Assembly (NCBI GenBank): GCA_013239625.1 | Contig: MU053994.1 | Span: forward strand, 437,775 to 501,774 | Origin: Lama guanicoe | Taxonomy: Eukaryota | Length of the DNA: 64,000 nt | Direction: 5' to 3' | Shown here: piece after piece, positions 10,809-24,387 of the stretch | How the letters are laid out: each line of letters begins with the position of its first letter | Position numbering within the stretch: position 1 is the first letter of the stretch | Translations under genes and position numbers: made by a program | The notes under the pieces: model-generated | Database searches by the model: none | Told to the model about the DNA's origin: nothing | What the model saw: only the letters and a program-made list of their open reading frames with translations

Positions 10809-10814
10809 ATTAAA
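10809..10814 (+). terminator. PolyA signal ATTAAA of the H2A.L-like gene
   Basis: About 100 nt after the stop, followed by a GT/T-rich downstream element (gttggctctgtttctgtct). No histone stem-loop seen. Confidence 0.75.
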
Positions 10815-12330
10815 GCGTTCAAACCGTTGGCTCTGTTTCTGTCTCCTCTCCGCTTGTCGTTCTCAGTTGAGGCGCCTGTCTGTAGGACATCCAGGAGGGG
10901 CTGCGTCGTGGGGGTTGGGGGTGGAAGGTGTGGTCGGGGTGGGATGCTGGAATCCATGATTTCAGGGAGCGGTTTCCAGTGGTGACGGTGCGGGGAGTGG
11001 TCCTGGTGGGAGGAGCTGGCCGAGGTTGTGGGGGGAGAGGACGTCCTCACTGGCTCTGAGGGAGTCCAGGCTTATGGGGCCGGGAGGTGGGCGGGGGCTC
11101 CCAGGCACGTTGAATTTCCCAGAGTGATGGTGGTAACGGGGGAGGGGCTGAAAACCGTGACCCGCCGAGGTGCTGAAGGCTTTATTCATGATGGGGACCG
11201 TCTAGAAGTGGGAGGTGATGACAGCGGGGGGTGGGTGCAGAGGGTGATGGAGCAGTTGGCATGGACCTGGTGGGACAGGGCTTGTCCATGAAGATGGAGG
11301 AGTGACGGGGAAACCATAAAGAAGTACACATAGAGGGGATGATGGCCCTGTTGTTTTCGTATTTATTCCCTGCCTCATCCCAAAAAAGGACTTGAGGCAG
11401 GGATTATTGGCTACTGCTGTGATACTCTCTGTGGAATACATCCTTCTGTCCTCTCCTGTGCACACTGGTAAATTAAATAGCAGTATCTTGAGCTACTGTC
11501 TGGTCTAAGGCATGCAATTCAAGTAGTTCTCAATGATTACTGTTCCTGAACTTATTTATGAATGTATCCCATTATAAACGCAATTATAAATCTCATTCTC
11601 AGAAGAAACACCTAACCTGTCTATGATCATTTATGTCATAGAGTAACAGGTTTTCAGTGGCTGAATACATGTTTTAAGATGTAAAAAAAAAAAGATATAT
11701 GAGTATATTCTGTATAAATTCTGTCCCAAGTGATAGACTCAGAAGCACACACAACTCTTATAAACACTCTGATATGCTGTGTTAAGGTTAAAAAAAAAGT
11801 TGTCACATCAAGTGTTGTAAAGAACTAAGTCCCCTCCTGTTAGTGTCGCCATGTCACATTTTCTCCTGTTCATCATATGCTCAAGGGCCCTCTCTGCTGC
11901 CCCCCTGGCCTGTCACAAAGGACTGACCAGAGGCTGCCCAGCCGGCTGCAGCAGTGAGATCACTGGTCCTGGGTTCGCCATCCCAGTTCACCACTTTCTG
12001 ACCATGTACTGGTCAGAAGTTGAATGTTCATCTATTTCCGTGAGAGTGGTTTCCTCACGTGTAAAACAAGGATAATAAAAGTTCCTCCCCTTTGGGGTTT
12101 GCCCTGAGACTCCATCAGCGTGTGCCTGTGAACACAGAGCCTGGCACAGGGCCCCTTTCACAGACATTGCACACGTCTCCCTGCCCGGGTACCACATGCT
12201 TAGGCGCGCTTCCCCAAAGTGCCACCGGACCTGCTTCTCACGTGACTGCTGGATGCCTGGGTTCCTGGCTGTGAAAACCATGGCCTGCTGAACCTCGTTA
12301 GGGAGACAGAGGGTGCCATGCAGAGGAAGA

Positions 12331-12736
12331 AGCCAGGGCTACTTCTGCAAACCGTTCAGTCCTCACTCTGGTCTCCTCTCTGCTCCCCTCTGCCTGGTGA
12401 CAGCCGCTCTCTGCCTCCTCCCACCACTGATGGAAGCTGGGAGCTGGCTTAGCCTTTGGTGGCTTCACAGGAGTGTCCTGAGAGCAACAGTGTCAGGGTT
12501 GTGCTTGGAGCTCGTTGGAGTAGGTGCTTGTATAAATCCAAGAAACCTTGCTTGACACCTAGTGCCCATTCCACCAAATGTCTGTAGAAACCTCCTTGTC
12601 AGGATGCCCGCCCCACACGTTTGTGTTGGTTCTAAGAGCCGCAAAGCCCTCCGGGCCTCAGCCACGTTCCGCTCTTCCTCTTCTGTGCTTCTGAGTAGCA
12701 GGGAGGTCCCTCCCCGGCAACCGCAGGTGGAGAGTC
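12331..12736 (+). repeat. Local duplication segment A, copy 2
   Basis: Matches 5791-6196. Confidence 0.97.
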
Positions 12737-12738
12737 AC

Positions 12739-13145
12739 AGGGATCCGGTTTTCTATAAGTGTGGTTTACTTGAGGCGCATCACTTTCTGTGGCTATAAAA
12801 TGAGTAGGTTGGATTCAGTTATTTCAGAGGTCTGCTTGAGGAGTCTTAATTATCAGTCTACGATCTTTTCCTAAGGAAAGTTCTCTACTGAAAATGGGTG
12901 AGTGGGGCACAGAGGACGGGGAGTGTTTTTTAGGGTCTCCATTTTATAACTGAGGTCCAGAGATGGTAATCAGCTCTCCCAGGTCACAGCAGGGAGAAGA
13001 GCCCAGCCTTCTTATCTGTTGTTAAGGCTCTTTCTTTGACTGTATAATGAGAAATGGGCCTTGAGATAGAGAGTGTTTGGTGTTCTCCTGTGGGAAAAAA
13101 AGCTAAATTCTTCTGTACAGATCTTAGGGGCTCTTTGATTTCCAG
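12739..13145 (+). repeat. Local duplication segment B, copy 2, directly abutting A copy 2
   Basis: Matches 8540-8955. Confidence 0.85.
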
Positions 13146-13386
13146 GAAAGCATTCTCAAGAACTTTCACTTGCATTTTATTTGGGAAATTCTAATGGATT
13201 AAAGTATAAGGATTGGTTTCATAGTATAGGTCTTGGTACCTTGCAAACCTAGGTCTTGCTCCACTGTATATTGTTTTCAAGTGTGTCATGAACATTCTGC
13301 TTCTTGAAATTTGGACTCTGTCCACTGACATGGTCTTAAAGATGATTATGTGATGACATCAGAAACCTGTGTCCAAAGAGCCTATT

Positions 13387-13499
13387 CTTTTGTTTTAATT
13401 GAAGTATAGTCAGTTTACAATGTTGTGTCAATTTCTGGTTACAGCATAATGTTACAGTCATACATGTACATACATATTATTCCTTTTTGTATTCTTTTC
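13387..13499 (-). mobile_element. Short L1 3'-end insertion
   Basis: 'ttgaagtatagtcagtttacaatgttgtg...' is an L1 3' UTR, flanked by TSD aagagcctatt (13376-13386 / 13500-13510). Confidence 0.8.
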
Positions 13500-14449
13500 A
13501 AGAGCCTATTGTTTGAAGTACCTGTCCTTTTCCTGGGAATTCTGACAGTCCTTCTTGAAAACAAGATCTCAGTCCTGTAGCTGGTGGTAAGGCCTTGTGG
13601 GAACCATCAGAGTTAAATAAACAGTCTAGAGAAGGTGGACACTTACAATAACTGTGGTTAATTTATTACTGATAATAGTAAAAAATCTTGTGGGAGGGTA
13701 TAACAAAAATGATGCAAATGAAGGTGAAATTTTTTTTTCTGTGGTTTACTAAAGAAGATAACGAAGCCAATTTAACAAATGGGTTTTGGACAAAAACCAT
13801 CTATTAACATAGTGATTAAGACTACTTTAGAGAAAGTCTGGATTAGGTCCTGAACATCTGTATTTTAATAAAACTCCAGTGGTAAGTTTGATATTTATCC
13901 TCAGTTTGAAAGCACAGGCCTAGAAGATGTTAGATGCAAATTGAAATATTAAGATTGCAATTAGACATTCAAAAATAAGAACTGAAGTTATACCTGATAA
14001 CACTATAATGTTATTACCTAATATCAGAGAAAGGTCCACCAGGACTCTGGTAAATAGAAGCATATAGTGAGCAGTGAGGGGACTGACAAATCTCCAGGAA
14101 CTTCCTACACGTGACAACATTACTAAAATATTTACATTAATAATATTTTCCCTGTTCACATTTAACCTAGGGAAAGCCGGTTACCTCATCTGATAATTTT
14201 TTCCTGTGCAAATCATAGTGATATATCAAGTATATCTAGTCATTCTGCCACTTCTCTTTTTATAACGTGACAGAATCCTCCAGGGCCTTCTGGGAAATCT
14301 CAAGAGTTTTCAGTGCAAAATACATATTGAAGTATTATTTTATTTCATTTTTCATTTAGGATTCTGTTGGTGGAAGGCAACAGTAAAGGTGCCTGGACAT
14401 TTGAGTAGTTGAGATAGGTTTATGGAAAAAAAGACATAAATAGAAACAA

Positions 14450-14750
14450 GCCCCAAGATGCCCAGTTGTTGGACAGTTTAGACAAAAACTTTAAAGCAGT
14501 TATTCTAAGGTTGAGGAACTAAAGGAGAATATGTTCAGTGAATGAAAGGGAAATATGATCTTAATGAATGAACAGATAGAGAGTTTCAGCAGATAAATGG
14601 AAAGTATAAATAACCAAAAGAAAATTTTGAAACTTAACAATAACCAGAATAAAAACACACTCTAGATGGGCTCAGCATCAGGTTGGAGATGGCTGGAGAA
14701 AGAGTCAGTGAACTTGAAGACATTACTAGGAATTAGCAAATTTGAAAAAC
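14450..14750 (+). mobile_element. Ancient L1M ORF1-region fragment
   Basis: 'gacaaaaactttaaagcagttatt...ctagatgggctcagcatcaggttggagatggctggagaaagagtcagtgaacttgaaga' is typical of old L1 ORF1. Confidence 0.65.
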
Positions 14751-15539
14751 ATAACAAATCATATATCCTTGAGACTTTTTAAAAGTGTTGTATTGGCTTC
14801 TGCTTTATAACTCTTTGAATATAAGGAAGTAATAACTCTCTTGGTACTTTAAGCTAGGCTCATCTTTTTAAAAATTCTCCGGGACCCCATAGGGCCCCTA
14901 CAGCTAAAAAAGAGGCCTGCTATGCTAATATAAATGAATAATCATCTTGGGGAAATAATCACCCAAATTTTTCACTTACCCCAACTTAAGACATGGTGTA
15001 GGAAAAGCACTAAGAAGACTACTCATTATCTAATGTTCAATTGGGCAGCCACATTCTGTTACACAATTATCTTCTCTAAGTTATACATACACAGTGCAGT
15101 GTCATGGTTAGACACGTGAACTGTGGTGCTGGGGTGCTTGGATTTAGCTTTTGGTGATACCATTTACAAATTGGGTAACTGTGGGCAAAATTCTTACTTT
15201 GCTCATCTGTATTACGGAGATAATAATAGTTGATACCTAAGAAGTTTTGGAAATTATGGAAGAAGATACATGTAGAGCACTGGGAATAATACCTGGTACA
15301 TATGTGTTGGTTGTTATCATTAGATGTATTTCCCCAGATCCTTTAATAATAGTTTTTCAGAAAGAAAATATTAAAAGAATGAACCACCTTTAAAACATGG
15401 ATTTTTAAAGTATCATATCAAAAATCTTCCTAAATGTGCTTTAGAGATTATAACAGCTGTTGCCTTTCCCCTGCTGATCAGCAAAGGCATTACTTTTTGA
15501 AAGTGGAGATACTGCCTGCTTCTTTGGAATAGCTGTCCA

Positions 15540-15725
15540 CCACAGATAAACAGTACTCTGCTACTGGGTGTGTTCGATATGTAAATAGATTGTGGAAACA
15601 CAAGAGGCTGGTTTTTCAAGTTTCTGCTCCTAGTATTCCATGAGGGTCAAGTCATCCAGCATTCTACAGTTCGTATGTCTGAACGAAAAGTGAGCCTACA
15701 AAAATGGTCTAGCCATCAGATTGAG
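15540..15725 (+). other. SYTL5: Candidate non-coding first exon of SYTL5 (5' boundary uncertain)
   Basis: Strong donor GAG|GTAAGA at 15725/15726 in non-repetitive sequence upstream of the ATG exon. That exon starts with an acceptor, so it needs an upstream exon. Confidence 0.35.
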
Positions 15726-18700
15726 GTAAGAATGATGTGTGTAGGGGTCTTTGCTGTGACATCTGCTTTCTTGATTTTTTGTATTTTTGTGTGTTTGTGG
15801 GGTGCGCTTTGCTTGTCGGGAAATAGAAGACTCCTTTCACCATTTGACAAGGGATTTTACAATAAAAGGAAAAGGAAGGGAAATATATACAGAAGGGATA
15901 TTTGAACCTCCGGCTGCTGTATAAGTTTGATGGATTGAGGAGAGAAATAGAGATATCTTCTTGTTACTAGCACTTAACTTAATCTGCAAATTGAAACATT
16001 GCCCTAGATCTTATTGAACAATGAATGTCTCCAGGAACAAATATGTATCCTAGTGACATAAAGAACATACATAGTATTTCTGCCAGAAATACTGTGTCAC
16101 TTTGCCAAAAACCTGTCATACCTCTATGCATGAAATAGCAGGCCTTTTGCTCTGGATTTTCTTCATCTGTTAGAAAACTCAGATTTTATTTAGCATTGTT
16201 GAATTGTTTGTTGCAGTCAGTCCTATTCTTGATAGGGTTAAATATCTAATGTGGACATGTGTTTAGTAGAAGGATTGCTAAAGTTTGGAAGCCCTGAAAT
16301 AATTTCAGTACAAATATGATGTTTTTAACACCACAGGAAGATGAGATACTGACTGTGAGTATGAATATAGTACACTAGAGATAGGGATCAGGTTTTTTAA
16401 ATTACCTTTTTAATATAGATTTTTAAATTAGAAGTGAAAAACGCCATTTTGCAACCTAGCATATCAAACTGTATATTTAAGAACAAAGGAGGTATCTATT
16501 TAAAGTGTACCTCCTTTGATGTATACCTTCAGAGTTGTGAGTAGAAAGTATTACTTATATATGATAATGTATTTAAAATACTACTTAAATCTTGGCCTCC
16601 TTAAAGTATCTTTTAAGTATAGGAATTGAGTGTTTAATTTTTTCACTTTATGATAAATTGTTTATATGTGGTTTAGACAACAGCTTAAACACAAGACTTT
16701 TATCATTTAAACCCCATGGCTTAAGTGCATGAAGACATTAAATTGGACTCTGGTGAAATTCTTAAACAGATCCTACCATCCCTGAGTGGATATATACACA
16801 TACACACATATACATATATATTTACACAGGAGCAACTAATATCAGGGAAACAGATGAGGGAAAAGGTGAGAACATGTATTTTTGTTGTCAAATCATGTTT
16901 ATTCTATATACTTATGATCTTCTGAAATGCTCTGGCCAGCCCAAGTTTGGGAATTAGCTGTGTTGTCATTCAGTTTATTCAGGTTAAATAAAATCTTCTA
17001 ATAGGTTCAGGAAATAAAATAATAAAATAATTATCTCTCCTTCTTTGTGTCCTGGAGGTACACGTGATACTTTTGTTGAAACTATTTTGTTATAATCATT
17101 TAGTATGTTACAAAAAGGAAAAGGAAATACAGCTTTAATATGTGAAATGAGCAGTTTGTTTTACTTAAGTTTATTATACAGTGGCTATCTTGCCATCATA
17201 TGTAAACAGTCAGCTGTAGTACTTTCTATTTCGAATTTACTTGCAACTGTGTTTTTGTACATCCCACATATGTTGCTTGTGTATGTGCTTTCGCAGTCAC
17301 ACAGTCGCCTCCACACACACGCACGTCTTTCGGATGATTTCACAGGACTTTTCAGCTTCTCTTGAACTTCGTTCCATTCCTGGCCATGTCTTTTCTGTGG
17401 GTAGTATCGTCATTTCCCTTGACTTCTGTTTCCTTCCCATGCTTTCCCCCACATCTTCCATCATGCCTAGCCCATGGAATTCTGATTCTACCGAAGACAG
17501 CAGTAATAAAGCAGGTGGGCCCCTTTGCTTCCATCACTTGTCGAGTTGGTAACTGTTGTGGCTACCTTAAGTTCTTGAAGATCATCTGGAAGTCATACAG
17601 AGCTCTAAGAGGTACAAAATCTGGTAAATACATTGTGTATTAGGATAGTAAGCTCACTTGATCTGGTTACTCTCTCTTTTCATCAAAAACACATCTCTAA
17701 GAGATGGTTCATAAAATCCACCCCCCCCCGCCTTACTACCCACTTTCTCTCTTAAAATCCCACTTTCTTTAAATTTCCCTATGACATAACATCCACCTCC
17801 ATCACTTGACTGGCACTGTACTTCCAAGGGTCACTTGTGGTGCTTTTAGGAAATCTAATTACATTCATTCATTTATCCATTCATTCAGCCATTCAATAAA
17901 TATTTATGGAGTGACAGCTATGCATGGACACTACTAGGCACTGAAGTTACAGTAGGGAACATTTAGGTCTGCCTTTATGTATCTCCAGTCTAGTTAGGAA
18001 AGATGTTAATTTACCCAAATAATTTATTACAATTGTGATAAGTGCTGTGAAGGATACTTTTTCAAATCCTCCTTTCATTCGACTCCTTTGCTTTATTGAC
18101 ATTCATGATCACTTCCTACTTCTTGAATTTTCTCCATCTTTGTTATTGATTTCTATCTATTCAACTACTTTTCTACCATGTTCCCTCTTCTTTTCTCTTC
18201 CATAAGTGATGGAAGAATGATAAATAGTTTGCCCTTTAAACTTGAGAAATATGTTGATATGTCACAGAATCAAAATATCAGTATCCAAATTTCTGAAGGT
18301 TACAAAAGCAGACTTAGCTATTCTCTGTATTCTAGAAATCTCTTTCTTTAACTAGCATATGCTTATAACATCTCAGGATGCAGGGGACCTTAGGAACTCT
18401 ATTCCTCGCAATTTATAGGATCACTGGCCAGAGTATGTAATTTTGCTAACACACAATATTCACTTTGGATGAGGATTTTTTTTTCCATGTTAAAAAAAGA
18501 CACATAATACTTAGAATATTCCAAGGGTGGTTTTACATGCCTTAAATTGTTTAACTCATTTAATCTTCAAAAGAACTCCATGAGATACCATCGTCATCAT
18601 CATCATCACCCTATTTACTTAAGAATAAACTTAGGAGCATAGAGGTTATGCATAATTAACGAGTAATTGAACCAGGCTTCAAACCCAGGCAACCCAGGAC

Positions 18701-21700
18701 CAGAACCCATATTCTCAGCCATCTCAGGACCTCTGTGCTCTGGCATCTGGTGTAAGAGGGCAGCCTTATGGGGTCCTGGGCAGCTGTTAAATGTTGCAGT
18801 TCCTTGACAAGTAGTATTAAATATTTGATAGCTTTTCATAATATATAAAAATAAGATTTACACAAAGTATTCCAATATCTGTTCAAGAGGAGTCTGACTT
18901 TTCTCACCCATGATTCTGTATGTGAGCATCAACGTTTTCAAAGAGTGATGCTCTCTTTCCTAGACAGTATATTATACTGTAAATTGGCAGCTACTTTTCG
19001 TTGTCCTTCATGGTTGCTTTTGCCACAGAGATATTCTCTTGATTGTGTGTTAGTTTCCATCTTTGTTTTGCTACTATTTCGAAAGTTCAGGGCTCAATTT
19101 TTAGAGTTGCCACTTTATTTCTGTTTCCTTTTTAAAAAAATAATTCCAACTACTTCTTGTTCATTTAAACATTCTCTCACCTTAGTTAAAAAAAAACTTT
19201 CTCGAAGCATTATCAGCTACAAAAAATAATTTAATAGGCTTTTACTTCATTTTCTTCTTCACTGAATAAAAACATTAAAATCAGACTTACCGTCACTGAA
19301 CCCGTTAATAACCTTATTCATTTCCAAGTAGGCACAGTACCATTTGTAACTCCTGTTAAAGTTTAATTTAGCAATTTCCAGTCCTTGTAACAGTTGACTT
19401 ATCCAGGCTAATTTGATTTAATCTTTCTAACCAAATGCCAGGAAATACTCTATGCCTACATTATGAACACATCCAATTCATTTAAGGATTTGTGGTTCAT
19501 GTAAATAGACTTCAGTGGCATTTTCATTTTGGTGTCGTGCAGTCAGAAAATATTTCCAGGAGTCAGGACTTGGAGGGAAATTAAGATAATGAAAAATATA
19601 TATTTCATTTTAAAGCAAGCAAAAGCCTTAAATCCAAACAGTATAATGTTAAAAAAAAATCCATTTAACATTAACAGTGTATTCTAAGAATGGAAGTGGT
19701 AGATTTTACCAGAAAATATAGTTGAGATGGGTGGGAGGTAAGAGTGTGTACGTGGATAAATCATATTTGGAATCTAGCCATCAAATGATGATGTTCCAAG
19801 GTTCAGAAATAGACTTTAAACATACTTTTATCTGGATTATAAAAACTAAAGTTCAGCAACAGCCCACTTGGTAAACACAGCCCAAGAGAGATCATATGAA
19901 ACATATTTATTCAAGTATCAGAGTATAGACAAATCCATTAATACACCTGTCCAAGATCTACGTATGGAGGACAACAGTTTTCAGTCTCCTAGTGTGAAAT
20001 TAAAATTAGCATACGATTTAAAAGTATGAAATTAATTTTGTTTTAATCAAGTGATATGATATCAAGGATGAATTTTCAAAGTAGTAAGGGCCTAATACAA
20101 AGTAGGCATTTTTTCCCTCAACTTTCAACAAATAATGGTGTTTTCATAGCTATCTGTGGATAGAAACAAATGGATAATTTTTGCGTTTGTATTTTGGCCT
20201 GAACTAGATATGTGTTAGAACACATTTTGTGACAAAGAATCAGTACCCTCTGATTGAGAGACCAGCTCAGGGGAAAGAAATAACTACAAGGAAGTCCAGT
20301 CAGTGATGTGGGGTGGGGGGAAGGCTGGGATGTTCTGTTTGCAGTAGCCTTGCTCAGGGAGGAAGAATTGAACCCACTTCAAACCACTCAAAGCTGTCGT
20401 CTAATTTTGTTGGCAATTACTGAGTTTGAGCTCTAAACACAGGAAGGTTATTTCTGAATCGGTTATACACAACAAACCAAATAGCTATTGATTTTCTTTC
20501 AAGTGAATTCCTGTTTGACTCTCTCATTGTTCTTGTGAGTAAGTGTTACATGTTTGGCTTTATACTTCAACACAATAGGATATTACTAAATATTCAGCAT
20601 CACTCAGATCTACAGAGCATGTTCCTGAACAATGAAGATAAAATTCGGTGGTAATATTTGATTGATTATAGCGGGAAAACTATTGAACCTGGGTCAGCAA
20701 ACATCAAACGTGTGTCCAATTACTGCTACCAATAATAGTAGTAACTGTTCGTCCTTTCTGAGGATTTCCTACAACCTAAGGACTATTCACATGCTTTCCA
20801 TGTAACCAAGATCATTTCTTGGTTCAATCCTGTCTTTAGGATCCCATGTCTAACAAATTTCAGAGCCTAGATTTGAACCAGAGTTACCTTGGTTGAGTTA
20901 AGTTCTAAAGGAATTTACTTGGGATATTTTATCCTGTTGCCCCAATTTTTACCTTTCTCCCTGGTTCACAGGCTCACCTAATCCATGCCATTATCTATAA
21001 AGCTGTCACTGATGTGGTCCTGTCCCCAGTGTCTCATTGATTGGCATCCTCTCTGTGACCTTCTGTCCAGGTGGTTGGAGGTGGGAGTCTGCACTGATCG
21101 TTACTCAAGGCTCTTAGATCCACTGGCCCCTCACACTTGCCATTCCCACAACCATTGCCAACCACTGCCCCTCCCAGCTGAGCTCCTCAGTCCATCCCTA
21201 CAGGAGCCCTGGTAGCATCAGGCCTTTCCTAACCTCACCTCTCTCTACCCTCTCCACACCCTGACTGCTGCTGGAGCTTCCATTTCCTTTCTCAGTCAGG
21301 GGAGGCTGCCCCAGTATCGTACCCTGCATTCTCTCTTCACCGTCTGATCATGAAACCCCATGTTCAGATCTCCAAGTTTTGTTCTTGGTAGAGAGAACAC
21401 TTAGTTTCTGAGGAACATCAGAAGAAAAAGAAAACGTATCGAGAATCACCTCACAGTCTTGTTTCCCGAACTATCTGTGGTAAAGAACCAGTTTGTTTTT
21501 AATTTCCCAAGCCACCTCAAAGTGATACTTTTGTAAAATTCACTGTGCAGTGACTTGAGTCCACTGATGACACACTCCTTTGTCATGTCAATGTCGAATT
21601 CCTATAAACGTTTTGAAATGCTCTCCCTTTTGCAGATATCTGGCATCAGACCAATAACCAACAGTTTACTGACGAGCGCCAGTCTGTGAACCACATTTAG

Positions 21701-22009
21701 CATAGCTTTGCCACAGAGACAACCTTTCTTGGGAACAAAAGGAACAAAGGATCTGTGTTTACTGCAGTCCATCTTCCATTTTGCAGGTGTGCCTGTGTGT
21801 CCATCTTTGTACCGTTCTTTAGTGTACAAATGTGTGCCCTGAAAGAGCAAGACTGTTGGACATTGGTGTAAGGTTGACCAAAACAAATTGTATATATATA
21901 TGTATGTGTGTACGTATACAGTTACATCTGTGTGTTATGTTATATATTATGTTGTTGTATATGTATATATGTGTGTGTAAATGTATATATTTTATTCTCC
22001 AGTGCAGTA

Positions 22010-22265
22010 TAAAGTTCACAAACACAGGCACTAGAGGAAGGCTGCCTTGGTTTGAATCTTAACTCCACCACTTACGAGCTGCGTGGCATTGAGCAAGTTA
22101 TGTATTCTCTCTCTGCCTTATTTTCCCTATCTGTAATATGGGAAGAGTAACAGTAATTCACAGGGTTGGTGTGAGGATTGAATGAGTTACTGTGTATAAA
22201 CCAACACCTTCGAACAGTGTCTGGGGCTTGTATGTAAGTGCTGTGTGAGTGTTCACTGTCATTAT
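22010..22265 (+). mobile_element. MIR SINE (one of many; others at about 15100-15310, 22470-22660, 27560-27780, 33020-33210, 37960-38160, 39570-39820, 49040-49210, 55070-55260)
   Basis: MIR core: ggtttgaatcttaactccaccacttacgagctgcgtggcattgagcaagtta...tctgtaatatggga...ggttggtgtgaggatt. Confidence 0.8.
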
Positions 22266-24001
22266 TACCATGAGCCAGAAGGAAAAGGAGTTAAGGCAGA
22301 TAATAATCATGGAGCAGGGAATAGTCAATCTGATATAATACAGCATGGATAATGGAACAGGCATGGTTAGTTAGGATGTGGATAATGTGAAATATGTAAT
22401 GATTTCTTTTTGGCTTTGTGTTTGCTGTCTGAGGAATTCCATCACTTCACGTGGAACAAGAGTGTGTGACAGGAACTGTGGTAGACATTTTGCATTATCT
22501 GTTCCTTTTGATCCCCACAGAAACCCCATGAGAAGGGTATTATTTTTATCTCTACAGAAGAAGAAACTGAGGTTCAGAGAGGTTGAGGTAGCTTTGCTTC
22601 TCTAACACAGTAAGTAGCAAAGGTGGGATTTGAACTCAGCTTCCTGACTCCAAAACCTGGAGTCCTTGCAGTTTTTTACTTGAGATGTTCATTGGAAAAC
22701 CATGAGAAGTTTTAAGAAAAAATGCAAAGTCTTGCCCATAACTAGAAATTGTTTAGTTTGATTAAAAAAAAGCAGCTTTATCGAGATATAATTCACGTAC
22801 CATATAATCCACCGATTTGGAGCATATAGTTCAGTAGTATATTCACAAGTTAAACACCATCACCACAATCTAATTTTAGGTTTTCATCCTGTGGGTGGGC
22901 CTGGCAATAGAGTCCCTGAAGTCTTCACTGCAGGGCCAGGAGACCCTGTAAGAATTTTTTTTTTCCCTGTAAGGGTTCTCGAATGGACTTCAGATGGTTT
23001 GTGAACCTTTTCTAGGGTCCACAGCTTTCATTATCTTCTTTAAAGGGATAAAAAACAGCTCAGGTAGTATGAAGAAACTCTCAACCAGTGTGTTCTCAAA
23101 CTTGAGGGTGTGCACAAATCACTGGGGGCTCTTGTTAAATTCGGATTTAGTAGGTCTGGGGTGGGGTCCGACTGACTTTGATGAATTTTGATGACAGGAA
23201 TACTAGCAGTGGACCCCAATTAAGTGAGATGTTATCTGTCCCCCAGTCCTATTCTCATTAGCAGATATGTGTTGCCAGCCACCACCACCCCCAAACTGTA
23301 CCTACTCAATCATTATTATATTCTGAATTTTGTCAAGAAAATATTTGTGGACATTTGTTTTCTCTTTTTAAATAAGTAGCTACAAAATAGCCATGATTTT
23401 GCCTCTTGTAACAAAAAGCCTGACATTTACTGGCAGGCCCTCAGTAGAAAAAGGTTGCCAACGCCAAGTGTAGACCATGGTGTAAGGCCCTCCCTGAGGA
23501 GCATAAATGTTGTTCATCTTACTCTCTACAGCCCTTGCTGCATTTGTCAGAGGTGGGGTTAGCAATCAGACTGATAGGAATCCTAAGTCCGAGGGGCCAT
23601 AAGTTGGCTGCCCTCCTCCCCCCTCCCTCCTGGCTCAGAAGAGAGGTCTGGGCAGGTGAGAGGCAACTTCAGGTTTTCTTTAAAAACACATCTTCCTGGG
23701 TTGCAAGCTATTTGCCTGAGTAGCATGGGTGGGTTTCCACAAAGGATCTAGTGTCTTCTCAGCTAGGTCCTGTCAATAAGATTCTGGAAGCAGGTTTCCT
23801 TAGGAGTAACTTGCAATGCATCTAGAGAACTTGGGTAATTGGAATTGGATGACAGTTAGCTGAACTTATGGGTAAAATAGGACATCTTCTTAACACCAAC
23901 TTTAAAAGCTGCTTAACACTTAAGGGGGGTGTGTTCAGAGCTCTGAATTTGTAAGAGCTTATTTGACCATGCATTTTAAAGGTATGATGACATTCCTGCT
24001 T

Positions 24002-24387
24002 CTTTTTTTTTCTTTAACATTTTTTATTGATTTATAATCATTTTACAATGTTGTGTCAAATTCCAGCTAAGAGCACAACTTTTCAGTTATACATGAACAT
24101 ATGTATATTCGTTGTCACATTTTTTTCTCTGTGAGCTACCATAAGATCTTGTATATATTTCCCTGTGCTATACAGTATAATCTTCTTTATCTATTCTACA
24201 TTTTGAACTCCCAGTCTATCCCTTCCCACCTCCCGCCCCCTTGGCAACCACAAGTTTGTATTCTATGTCTATGAGTCTGTTTCTATTTTGTATTTATGTT
24301 TTGTTTGTTTAGATTCCACATATGAGCGATCTCATATGGTATTTTTCTTTCTCTTTCTGGCTTACTTCACTTTTTTTTATGGGTATA
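24002..24387 (-). mobile_element. L1 3'-end insertion (camelid-type 3' UTR)
   Basis: PolyT start, then 'ttttacaatgttgtgtcaaattccag...cttggcaaccacaagtttg...ttagattccacatatgag'. Flanked by direct repeats. Confidence 0.85.
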
